DNA of 62,959 nt, counting the filler, from Aduncisulcus paluster (Eukaryota), in NCBI GenBank assembly GCA_024181965.1. It is 33 parts of 33 records of this genome, joined end to end, with 100 filler letters (N's around TTAATTAATTAA, not from the genome) between each part and the next. Parts side by side here need not be neighbours in the genome. Positions count along the whole stretch, not along the records: positions 5,633 to 14,073 come from BQXS01000931.1; positions 14,174 to 16,587 come from BQXS01000932.1; positions 16,688 to 18,264 come from BQXS01000933.1; 30 more parts are not named here. One strand, written 5' to 3'. The notes beneath the pieces are model-generated. The model worked only from the letters and a program-made list of their open reading frames with translations, made no database searches and was not told where the DNA came from. Below, in pieces: positions 10,326 to 18,364 of this stretch (positions are counted from its first letter, which is position 1; every line of letters starts with the position of its first letter). The position numbers were made by a program, and so were the translations under genes.

Positions 10326-10367
10326 GGCACCCAGTTTCGCATATCCGAAGACATAGGCGCGAGTGCC
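10326..10367 (-). ncRNA. Structured RNA in the abi 5' leader (abiF-motif-like, candidate RNA antitoxin)
   Basis: GGCACUC/GGGUGCC outer stem, GCGCC/CGAAACU internal loop, UAUGUC-UUCG-GAUAUG inner stem; the cUUCGg tetraloop is on the abi sense strand. Confidence 0.7.
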
Positions 10368-10377
10368 ACTTTCAAGT

Positions 10378-10409
10378 ATTATACTACTACTACTGCTGCT
10401 ACTTGTCAA
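10378..10409 (-). promoter_or_regulatory. sigmaA promoter of the abi leader
   Basis: TTGACA (10409-10404); TAGTAT at 17-nt and TATAAT at 20-nt spacing. Confidence 0.75.
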
Positions 10410-10637
10410 ATGACAATTTGTATAATACTGCGACGATTGGTAAGTGATTTGCTCATTGCAAGACTGGAACATAGAAATATAGCGTTGAGAAAATCAGAGA
10501 GCTAGCGTGCCGTTTTATAGTTATTTCAGCCGAGGGAATCGTCGATTAAGGCCTTTCGTTCGATCTGGGCGAAATATGGGGGTTAGAGGTATCCATAAAT
10601 ATTAGCCGTATAAGCTCAAATTTTGCTCTGCTCTGAG

Positions 10638-10763
10638 CGTTCGCAAAGGTATACTTTTTAGACGAGGCTATTTTTTTACAAAATCACGTCCGTAAAGGTA
10701 TGTAAAATAATTTAGAAACGTTCGCAAAATATCATTGACCTTTAGGAACGTATTTTATATAAT
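10638..10763 (+). promoter_or_regulatory. res site (three subsites) overlapping the resolvase promoter
   Basis: CGTTCGCAAAGGTATACTTTTTAGACG with central TATA; further CGT(T/C)CG.AAA...TTTAG.AACG sites at 10687-10720 and 10719-10750; TTGACC-17-TATAAT. Confidence 0.75.
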
Positions 10764-10785
10764 GAGTTCAACAGGAGGCGATACC

Positions 10786-11400
10786 ATGAGTTATACGTTT
10801 GGATACATACGAGTGAGCAGCAAAGATCAAAACGAAAGCCGACAGCTCGAAAAAATGAGAGCGCTGGGGATCGAGGAACGGTTTATATTTGTGGACAAAG
10901 CAAGCGGTAAGGACTTTGACCGGCCGCAATACCAGAACATGAAAAAAATGATCCGCAAAGGGGATCTAATATACATCGATGCCCTGGACAGGCTTGGACG
11001 TGATTATGATGGAATTATCAAGGAGTGGCGGGAGATCACAAGAGGCGAGGAAGAGGCCGACATAGTGGTTTTAGAAAATCAGTCCTTGTTTGATTCGCGG
11101 AAGTTTAAGAGCATGGGCGAAATGGGCAAGCTCATGGAGGATCAATTTCTCAGCCTACTTAGTTTTGTGGCCGAGCAGGAACGCAAGAAGATCAAAAAGA
11201 GACAAGCGGAAGGCATTGCGATAGCAAAATCAAAAGGCCAACACCTGGGCAGACCTAAAGCAGAGTATCCGGAGAATTTTGAGGCGCAATACAAGCTCTG
11301 GAAAGCCGGAGAGATTACCGCAGTTGAGTGTATGCAGGCCACTGGACTAAAGAAAACCACGTTTTACAGATTGGTGAAGAAGTATGAGGGAGGAAATTGA
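10786..11400 (+). CDS. Serine recombinase (resolvase family)
   Basis: FGYIRVSSKDQN, DKASGKDFDRPQY, LDRLGR, GRPK and C-terminal HTH; RBS AGGAGG. Confidence 0.95.
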   Translation: MSYTFGYIRVSSKDQNESRQLEKMRALGIEERFIFVDKASGKDFDRPQYQNMKKMIRKGDLIYIDALDRLGRDYDGIIKEWREITRGEEEADIVVLENQSLFDSRKFKSMGEMGKLMEDQFLSLLSFVAEQERKKIKKRQAEGIAIAKSKGQHLGRPKAEYPENFEAQYKLWKAGEITAVECMQATGLKKTTFYRLVKKYEGGN

Positions 11401-11401
11401 T

Positions 11402-11842
11402 ATGAAAACAAAGCTGATTCTACCCCTAAAGGATTTTGACGAAAGCGTAAACATGCTGCAGGAGAAAATTAAAGAGATCAATTACCTGAGACAAGTGACA
11501 GAGCAAGTGTTGGAGAAACCGGTCGAAACGCTACACGATGTTATGCTGCAGCGATATATAAGGCTGCAGAGTGGAAAGACCGCAGTTACAGAGCTGAACG
11601 AGGAAGGTTATCGGATCATAAGCGAAAGCACAGGCAATCAGAGAAAACTGGAGCCGGGCGACATACTCAGGACGATTAAAGACAAAAGTATAGCCGTTGA
11701 TCCACAGATCCGGAAACTGGCCAAAATCGTCTATGATGGAAGTGGCAGCACAATGACAATGAACGCGATCATGAAAGGCTATGCAGAAGTGGAAGAGGCA
11801 GCAGAACAATCGCAGGGGTTACATACTGGCCGAGGGATATGA
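11402..11842 (+). CDS. Hypothetical protein, co-transcribed with the resolvase
   Basis: RBS GGAGG; ATG 1 nt after the resolvase stop. Confidence 0.7.
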   Translation: MKTKLILPLKDFDESVNMLQEKIKEINYLRQVTEQVLEKPVETLHDVMLQRYIRLQSGKTAVTELNEEGYRIISESTGNQRKLEPGDILRTIKDKSIAVDPQIRKLAKIVYDGSGSTMTMNAIMKGYAEVEEAAEQSQGLHTGRGI

Positions 11843-11934
11843 GAACCAATAAGCAAATAAAGAGGCATGATCTTAACACCTGGCAACGAGATCCGGGAGA
11901 GCTGCAACGTTAAGATCATGCCTCAAAATATTGC

Positions 11935-11973
11935 CGGTCGGATGGCCTTCGGCCATGATCTGCAGACTGGAGA
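11935..11973. repeat. 39-bp palindromic element, copy 2, preceded by a partial repeat GAGATCCGGGAGAGCTGCA (11888-11906)
   Basis: Matches 9231-9269 and 9341-9358 in direct orientation. Confidence 0.9.
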
Positions 11974-12066
11974 GGGAGATCCGGCTGCCTGGTTGTTGTA
12001 AAAATAATGACAGCGTGGCAGAGGCAAAAAACAGGAGACAGGCCGCCGGTGTCGAAGTGTATTCCA

Positions 12067-12410
12067 GGAATACAAGTGGAATACAACGAATACAAGCGAT
12101 ACAGACAGGGATACAACGACTCTTGAAACGAGGTGAAATCAAGGTGAAGAAGGTTGCAGAGGTCGCAACAATGCTCGGAGTTACTCGGAATACGGTGTAT
12201 AAGCGAATACAACAGTTGTCACCCGGAATACAAGAACATGTATTCATGCAAGACAAGGCTAAACACATTGATGATGCTGGAATCTTAATGATTGCAGAGG
12301 CGGTGGGTGTATCGCTGGATACAATCAGGAATACAAGTGAAAATACAGGGGATACAGCTCCGAATACAAGTGATACAACTAGCGATACAAGTGCGAATAC
12401 AACGAATGTT
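12067..12410 (+). repeat. Cluster of (G/A)ATACA(A/G) short direct repeats upstream of and inside the par-like gene
   Basis: GGAATACAAGTGGAATACAACGAATACAAGCGATACAGACAGGGATACAA upstream; about 9 more at 12317-12405. Confidence 0.8.
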
Positions 12411-12785
12411 GGAGGCATTGTAATTACTGAGAGGGAACAGGAACAGATCAGGGAACACATACGGTTACAAGAGCAGATTATTGAGGATCTGCGCAAGCAA
12501 TTGGCTGCTAAAGACCAGGAACACCATAGACAGGTAGACAAGCAAGAAAGTATGTACCGGGAGCTGCTTGATGATAAGGACAAGCAGATCCATCGTATGG
12601 AGCGAGAAGTCGAAAACAAGAATCAGCAGTTTGTTAACTTCCAGGTGCTGCTTAAGCAAGCCAACGAGCAAACAATTCTATTAGAGCATAAGTTGGAGAA
12701 GGCCGAGGATCAGACTGGCAGCAAAAGTATTTGGAGTCGATTCTTTGGATCAGGTAAAGTTGACCAGGAAGATCAAGATCAATAA
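12144..12785 (+). CDS. pSK1-Par-like / DUF536-type protein (HTH, low-complexity linker, coiled coil, WSRFFG tail)
   Basis: GTG start after GAGGTG; KKVAEVATMLGVTRNTVYKRI HTH; IIEDLRKQLAAKD coiled coil; KSIWSRFFG. Confidence 0.75.
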   Translation: MKKVAEVATMLGVTRNTVYKRIQQLSPGIQEHVFMQDKAKHIDDAGILMIAEAVGVSLDTIRNTSENTGDTAPNTSDTTSDTSANTTNVGGIVITEREQEQIREHIRLQEQIIEDLRKQLAAKDQEHHRQVDKQESMYRELLDDKDKQIHRMEREVENKNQQFVNFQVLLKQANEQTILLEHKLEKAEDQTGSKSIWSRFFGSGKVDQEDQDQ

Positions 12786-12851
12786 AAGAGCTGCACCTCT
12801 CCCACGTGGCGCAGCTCTCTTTAAGCGAATTGTGTCATGACTGTTTATGAT
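12783..12851 (-). ncRNA. Putative ~70-nt small RNA convergent on the par-like gene
   Basis: TTGACA(12886-12881)-17-TACAAT(12863-12858) on the minus strand; ends at AGAGCTGC/GCAGCTCT hairpin plus TTTT. Confidence 0.6.
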
Positions 12852-12902
12852 AAGTCGATTGTAATAAAAAGGAAAAAGATTGTCAATATATGGGTTAAAA
12901 AT

Positions 12903-12928
12903 AAGAGGCAGATCCGGCCTCTTTTTTT
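12903..12928. terminator. Bidirectional-looking intrinsic terminator
   Basis: AAGAGGC-agatccg-GCCTCTT with a T-run on + and an A-rich run upstream. Confidence 0.7.
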
Positions 12929-13178
12929 AATGCGATCAACCAGGAATAGAAATACTGGATCGGCATATGATAAAGCAGACAACGGCCAGGAGGCTCGGCA
13001 ATGCTGAGTAAACGCAAGGAGATCGGAGATTATCCGGCATTGATTTAATGGCAGCAGGCCACAATAGTGTTTGCATTAAGCAGCTGCAGCGCAGCGATAA
13101 CACTCACCACAGAGCAGTAAGCTCACCCGCAAAGGCGGGAACGTGGGAAACTTACTCATCACGAATTACAAATCGGCT

Positions 13179-13221
13179 TGTCTGTCTCTATCTTGACGAA
13201 GGATAGAGATAGAGACAGACA
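13179..13221. repeat. Perfect 15-bp inverted repeat upstream of the recombinase promoter
   Basis: TGTCTGTCTCTATCT-13 nt-AGATAGAGACAGACA. Confidence 0.9.
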
Positions 13222-13225
13222 GGGA

Positions 13226-13253
13226 TTGCAATTTGATTCTAGCTCAGTACAAT
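13226..13253 (+). promoter_or_regulatory. Promoter for the tyrosine recombinase
   Basis: TTGCAA-16-TACAAT. Confidence 0.55.
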
Positions 13254-13359
13254 ACTTTGCGGGAATCGAGATATAGAGAAATGCCAGAAATGGCAGCTCG
13301 GTGCCAGCGGGTGAAGTGCGTCCAATTTTAAGGCGCAGCAGAATGGAAGGGGGCAGATC

Positions 13360-14073
13360 ATGGGGATATATGAAAATCTGGAGAGACAGATCCGGAAGAT
13401 ACACAAGCACAATAGGCAAGGCAGCTATAAGACCAGGGAGAGATACCTGGAGGCGAATAAAAGATTTTGCCGGTTCTTGGCTGACGAGTTCAAGCTGCAG
13501 AAGTTTGGCAATATCAGCGACAAGCATGTAAAGGCCTACATCGAGGATATGAAGGATCGGGGCCTCAGTATCAGTACGATCAAGACGGATCTAGGCGGAA
13601 TTAGATTTTTCCACGACAAGGTGGACCGTCCCAGAAATCGGCTATCTGACAATCAGGCCTTTGACATTGGCCGGAGAGAACGAGGTGGGATAGATCGCAG
13701 CTGGACACGAACGCAGTACGAGGGCATGATCCGTAAAGCGGAGTCACTGGATCAGCACGACATTGCCGAGATCATGAGGCTCGGCAGGCATCAAGGCATG
13801 AGGATTCATGAGATCATGCGCCTGGACAAAGCTGCAGCGGAAAACGCAATACGGACAGGTATGTTAAGAGTTAAGGGGAAGAATGGCAAGATCCGAGATA
13901 TACCAATCAGCTCAGAGGGGAAAGCTGTGCTGCAGCGCATGAGCGATCAGACAGAGAGAGGCAGCAAGCTCTTTGTGCAAGTCGATAGGCCGACACACTT
14001 GGAAATCAAGCGAGTGCAAAATTTTATATACCGCCACAAGAGGGCATACTTTGGTCAGGATGAAAATAGAGGG
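13360..14073 (+). CDS. Tyrosine recombinase/integrase with N-terminal SAM-like domain (3'-truncated)
   Basis: RQGSYKTRERY...HVKAYIEDMKDRGLSISTIKTDLGGIRFFH; catalytic GMRIHE and VKGKNGKIRDIP. Confidence 0.88.
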
Positions 14074-14318
14074 NNNNNNNNNNNNNNNNNNNNNNNNNNN
14101 NNNNNNNNNNNNNNNNNTTAATTAATTAANNNNNNNNNNNNNNNNNNNNNNNNNNNNNNNNNNNNNNNNNNNNAGGCCGATTCATCGCGAGGGCAGACCG
14201 AGCCTGCACCGAAACGCACGGCGCGGGAAAAGACCCTCGCCAAGCAGGCGGCCCGTGCCGCCGCGGGCAAGGTCGCCCGCAAGCCGGGACGGACCGAGCG
14301 CGGTCGACGCTGACGCTC

Positions 14319-14876
14319 TTAGGTGTGCAATCCGGCGACTAGCAGGTGTGCCATGTGGCGTGCGTCGTAGCGTGGATCCCCCTCAGCGCCGATGCATAGG
14401 TTGCCGATTCCGCGCAGCAGTCCATAAGCATTCACGTCGGAGCGGATCTCACTCGTGGCCACGGCAGCATCAAGTATCTGAGTGCACACGGGTACCAGTG
14501 TCTCAAGGAAGTAAGTATGCAGTGTCTGGAAGCTTGCGTTGTCGGACTGTAATGCTGCGGCCAACCCGTGCTTGGTGACGAGGAAGTCGACGAACAGATC
14601 GATCCATCGAGTCAGTGCGGCATACGCGGTGTCACTGCTATCCAACAGAGCCGGCCCGGCCTGGGCGCAGGCATCGACCTGGCGCCGGTAGACCGCGATG
14701 ATCAGGTCCGCGCGGGTGGGGAAGTGGCGGTAGATGGTGCCCATTCCGACACCGGCCTTCGCGGCGATTTCGCGAACAGGAGCATCGACACCGGCGGCGA
14801 CGAAGACCGTCGCGGCGGCATCCAGCAGGGTCTGTTCGTTGCGGCGAGCATCGGCCCGCTTCCGGGTATCGGGCAT
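14319..14876 (-). CDS. TetR/AcrR family regulator (mycobacterial)
   Basis: RADARRN, IAAKAGVGMGTIYRHFPTR; RBS GGAGG before ATG 14876. Confidence 0.92.
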   Translation of the reverse strand: MPDTRKRADARRNEQTLLDAAATVFVAAGVDAPVREIAAKAGVGMGTIYRHFPTRADLIIAVYRRQVDACAQAGPALLDSSDTAYAALTRWIDLFVDFLVTKHGLAAALQSDNASFQTLHTYFLETLVPVCTQILDAAVATSEIRSDVNAYGLLRGIGNLCIGAEGDPRYDARHMAHLLVAGLHT

Positions 14877-14893
14877 CGATTGCCTCCATTCAC

Positions 14894-14941
14894 TTGCTAA
14901 ACGGAACAACGCTCCGTATGTTGAAGTGGAGCACTGTTCCG
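14894..14941 (+). promoter_or_regulatory. Promoter TTGCTA-17-TATGTT with two likely TetR operators
   Basis: CGGAACAACGCTCCG (14902-14916) and inverted copy TGGAGCACTGTTCCG (14927-14941) between divergent genes. Confidence 0.65.
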
Positions 14942-14978
14942 ATTAGTGTTCCATATTGCCAGAGAATGGAGAGATCCA

Positions 14979-15851
14979 ATGGTGCAACCGCAATTCGGAA
15001 TCATGACCGCCCCGCAACAAGTCACCTATCAAGATCTTCAGCGAGTGTGGCGCGAGGCCGACCAGATCCCTGAGATTGAACACGCGTGGCTGTTTGATCA
15101 CCTCCTGCCGATCGCAGGTGACCCCGATGGCCCGATCTTCGAGGGGTGGACGCTGCTGGCGGCTCTGGCTGCGCAGACTGAACGATTACGTCTTGGACTT
15201 CTGGTGACCAGCAACAGGTTTCGTCCGCCGGCGATGCTCGCGAAGATTGCGGCGACTGTTGATACCGTGTCCGGCGGGCGGCTTGACTTTGGTATCGGGG
15301 CGGGATCGAGGCCGAGTGTCCCGATGGCCCGGCGTGAGTACGAGGCCCACGGCCTGCCCTATCACGAGTTCGTTCATTCGGTGGAGAGCTTGTCCGAGTC
15401 GCTCACGGTGATGCGTCGGCTATGGACAGAGAGGGAGCCGTTCGATTTTGATGGTGCCCACGTGAAACTGGTTGGCGCCTTGGGTAATCCCAAACCAGTT
15501 CAGAAGCCCCATCCGCCGATAGTGATCGGCGGGCGGGCAACGGCCACCCTACGTGTGGTTGCCGAGCATGCCGATATCTGGAACATTCCGGGCGGCGACA
15601 TCGAGGATGCCAAGCAGCGCAGTGCGTTGTTGGACCGTTGCTGTGAGGAAATCGGACGCGCCCCCGCTTCGATTGCCCGATCGATGTTTCTTCCGGTGTC
15701 CTATGACGAGCCGGGTGTCACACGTAGCGCGATTCGGGAGGCCGTCGGCGCAGGCTTCGGGCACCTGGTCTTGGGTTTGAGCGATCCGTATCCCGAAAAT
15801 GTCGCGCAATGGGTGGCCGACCAGGTGATCGCGGCTTCAGGAGTGCTGTAA
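14979..15851 (+). CDS. LLM-class flavin/F420-dependent oxidoreductase
   Basis: AWLFDHLLP, EGWTLLAALAAQT, SGGRLDFGIGAG, PKPVQKPHPPIVIGG. Confidence 0.92.
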   Translation: MVQPQFGIMTAPQQVTYQDLQRVWREADQIPEIEHAWLFDHLLPIAGDPDGPIFEGWTLLAALAAQTERLRLGLLVTSNRFRPPAMLAKIAATVDTVSGGRLDFGIGAGSRPSVPMARREYEAHGLPYHEFVHSVESLSESLTVMRRLWTEREPFDFDGAHVKLVGALGNPKPVQKPHPPIVIGGRATATLRVVAEHADIWNIPGGDIEDAKQRSALLDRCCEEIGRAPASIARSMFLPVSYDEPGVTRSAIREAVGAGFGHLVLGLSDPYPENVAQWVADQVIAASGVL

Positions 15852-15858
15852 TGGGCGC

Positions 15859-16587
15859 ATGACGCCTGATCAGTGGCTCGAAGCACTACGCAAAGGGGCG
15901 GCGGCCGTGGCTGCGACCCCGCCCGAGTACCTGAACCGTGACGTACCGTCTTGCCCGGGTTGGACGGCGCGCGACGTAGTGGCTCATCTTGGGGGAGTGC
16001 ACCGCTGGGCTGTGGGAGTCCTTGTCGGGCAAAAGGTTCCATATGCAGACGTCGACCCGGATGCCGCGGCGGGGGAGCAGATCCTCGGTTGGTACACCGA
16101 GCGTGCCGACAAACTTATCGCTGCATTGACGTCGAAGGACATCGATGCACCAACGAAGTCACTGTTCGGTGAGCGGCCGGTGCGGTTCTGGTATCGCCGG
16201 CAGGCGCAGGAAGTGGCCGTGCACCGCTGGGACATCGAGCACGCCTATCGCGGCTGGGATGCTGACCCGATCGATACGGCGCTGGCCGCGGACGGCATCG
16301 CAGAGTGGTCAGAGCTCTTCACGCCCAGGCTCCTCGGGCGTGGAGGCGGCACGCCGCAAGATCTTCAGGGAGCGCGGATACTCCTGCGGGCCAATGACGG
16401 CGGCGGGTCGTGGCTGTTGCGTGCCGACGAGGGCAGCATCGGCATCGTGGACGACGATGCCACAGTGGACGCCACGATTACGGCATCCACCTCCGATCTG
16501 CTGCTGGCACTATGGCACCGAGTTCCGTTGTCACGCTTGACGGTCGAAGGCGGCAGCGCTCAGGTGGAGCGGGTGCTCGATCTAGTC
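15859..16587 (+). CDS. Maleylpyruvate isomerase family mycothiol-dependent enzyme (MDMPI)
   Basis: VPSCPGWTARDVVAHLG, RRQAQEVAVHRWD, LAADGIAE. Confidence 0.88.
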
Positions 16588-16775
16588 NNNNNNNNNNNNN
16601 NNNNNNNNNNNNNNNNNNNNNNNNNNNNNNNTTAATTAATTAANNNNNNNNNNNNNNNNNNNNNNNNNNNNNNNNNNNNNNNNNNNNGCCAAAAAAGCAC
16701 AAGTAGTTGCTCAAAAGAAACTAAAGATTATAAGAGATGCAGTAGGATTGAATTATTAGTAAAGATATGAGAGAA

Positions 16776-17042
16776 TTATTTTAAAAATTCTCTTATTTTT
16801 TTATGATTGTCGATCTGATGTTTCATATTTTTTCTATGTTGTTGCAGAAAAGATATGTTTTTATAAAAAAGTTCAGATAAATTGTTTAGGTCAGTAAGTT
16901 CTAGATCAAAATCTTCAATATTTTTTTGACTTAAGTTTACCTCTACCCAATTTCTCAAAGATTCTGCCCGTTGTTCAGGATCAAGAGAATCTATATATCG
17001 TAACTCCTGAAGAGCTTCTATAGACCTGTTTCTTCTTTCCAT
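16776..17042 (-). CDS. Hypothetical protein downstream of fliS (FliT-like position)
   Basis: Overlaps the fliS 3' end; helical, 88 aa. Confidence 0.65.
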   Translation of the reverse strand: MERRNRSIEALQELRYIDSLDPEQRAESLRNWVEVNLSQKNIEDFDLELTDLNNLSELFYKNISFLQQHRKNMKHQIDNHKKIREFLK

Positions 17043-17374
17043 GCTTCTATTAGTCCTGTTACTACTTTTTTTACTTGTGAAATAGCACTAAGGTTATTAT
17101 CTACACCAGCACTAAATAAAGTTTCTATCTGATAAAGATACAAGCCATCTAAATAATATGCAACATCTCCACCTTCAAAGTCCAGTATATTTCTTAGTTC
17201 ATCAAATATTGCGATTGAACGATTGATGTATTCAAATTTCTCCTCTACATTTTCAGCTTCTATTGCATTTTCAACAAAAGACAAATATTTCAAAAGACCT
17301 TCATATAACTTTAAAATAAGCATATACGGGTCATCTGTTGTTGCCGCTTGTTGGTTATATATTTCTAAACCCAT
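17018..17374 (-). CDS. fliS: Flagellar chaperone FliS
   Basis: DDPYMLILKLYEG, LDFEGGDVAYYLDGLY, EAWKE; RBS GGAG before ATG 17374. Confidence 0.92.
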   Translation of the reverse strand: MGLEIYNQQAATTDDPYMLILKLYEGLLKYLSFVENAIEAENVEEKFEYINRSIAIFDELRNILDFEGGDVAYYLDGLYLYQIETLFSAGVDNNLSAISQVKKVVTGLIEAWKEETGL

Positions 17375-17442
17375 TAAAATCTCCAAATAATTATTATGTT
17401 ACGATTATAATATATATATACTTAAAGGCTATTAAGTATATA

Positions 17443-18264
17443 TTAGTTTGATGAAGATTCCATAGCAATCATCTGTTTTAATCCACTAAAAGAAGATTCC
17501 ATTTGTGAAATTACGGAAGCATAAGCTGCAAATTGTGCTGCCATAGTATCATATTTAGTATCTAAGTTTTCTACAGCTTTCTCTTTATCTTCTTCAAGTT
17601 TCTCTTTTCTTTGTTCCATATTTGTTTTATATGAGTCAAAGAGTCCATTATATGAGTTAAAATCATCTAAAGTCTCTTTGAGCATAGTTCCAAATCCTTT
17701 GTCTTCGGCTACACCTATAAATAGATCTTTTATTTTATCTGGATCATCAAGTAAAGCTTCTCCTAATACAGTTGCATCAACTTCTAAAACACCTGTCTTA
17801 TCAAAAGAGAAACCAGCATTAAATAAACTACTATCTTCTTTCCCAAACTCTTGATACATAAGGTTTTTGATACCATTTACTACTGATTTAAGAGATGATT
17901 TATCTTGAATACTTGAATCAGTTGCATAAAGTTCTTCTGTTACCATCAGTAAAAGTTCATTGTATTTTGCCGCTACCTCTTGAATGGCAGGGATAATTGC
18001 ACTTTCATCTTTTGTAATATTTAGAGTTGATGTCCCTTTTTCCGATGCAGTTATTTTGAGATTTCCATCAACTTGTATACTATTTGAAGATACACTATAT
18101 TCTATACCATCAACTGTGGCTTTTAAATCCTGAGCTACTAAAGCATGATTGTCTGCTACTCCATCGCCATCTGAATCTGTTGCGTCATCAAATCCTAAAG
18201 TAGTAGTTGCTGCACCTGTTAAAGCTAAAGCATTTGCTGTACCTGGTTCTTGACTTTTTAATAC
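17443..18264 (-). CDS. fliD: Flagellar filament cap FliD, C-terminal part
   Basis: AQDLKATVDG...KYDTMAAQFAAYASVISQM; lies upstream of fliS. Confidence 0.9.
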   Translation of the reverse strand, partial: VLKSQEPGTANALALTGAATTTLGFDDATDSDGDGVADNHALVAQDLKATVDGIEYSVSSNSIQVDGNLKITASEKGTSTLNITKDESAIIPAIQEVAAKYNELLLMVTEELYATDSSIQDKSSLKSVVNGIKNLMYQEFGKEDSSLFNAGFSFDKTGVLEVDATVLGEALLDDPDKIKDLFIGVAEDKGFGTMLKETLDDFNSYNGLFDSYKTNMEQRKEKLEEDKEKAVENLDTKYDTMAAQFAAYASVISQMESSFSGLKQMIAMESSSN

Positions 18265-18364
18265 NNNNNNNNNNNNNNNNNNNNNNNNNNNNNNNNNNNN
18301 NNNNNNNNTTAATTAATTAANNNNNNNNNNNNNNNNNNNNNNNNNNNNNNNNNNNNNNNNNNNN

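Larger units (their letters stand above)
5633..14073. mobile_element. Firmicutes plasmid-like contig (Rep, Abi, resolvase, Par-like protein, tyrosine recombinase)
   Basis: Only plasmid-type and hypothetical genes; sigmaA promoters and GGAGG RBSs. Confidence 0.85.
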
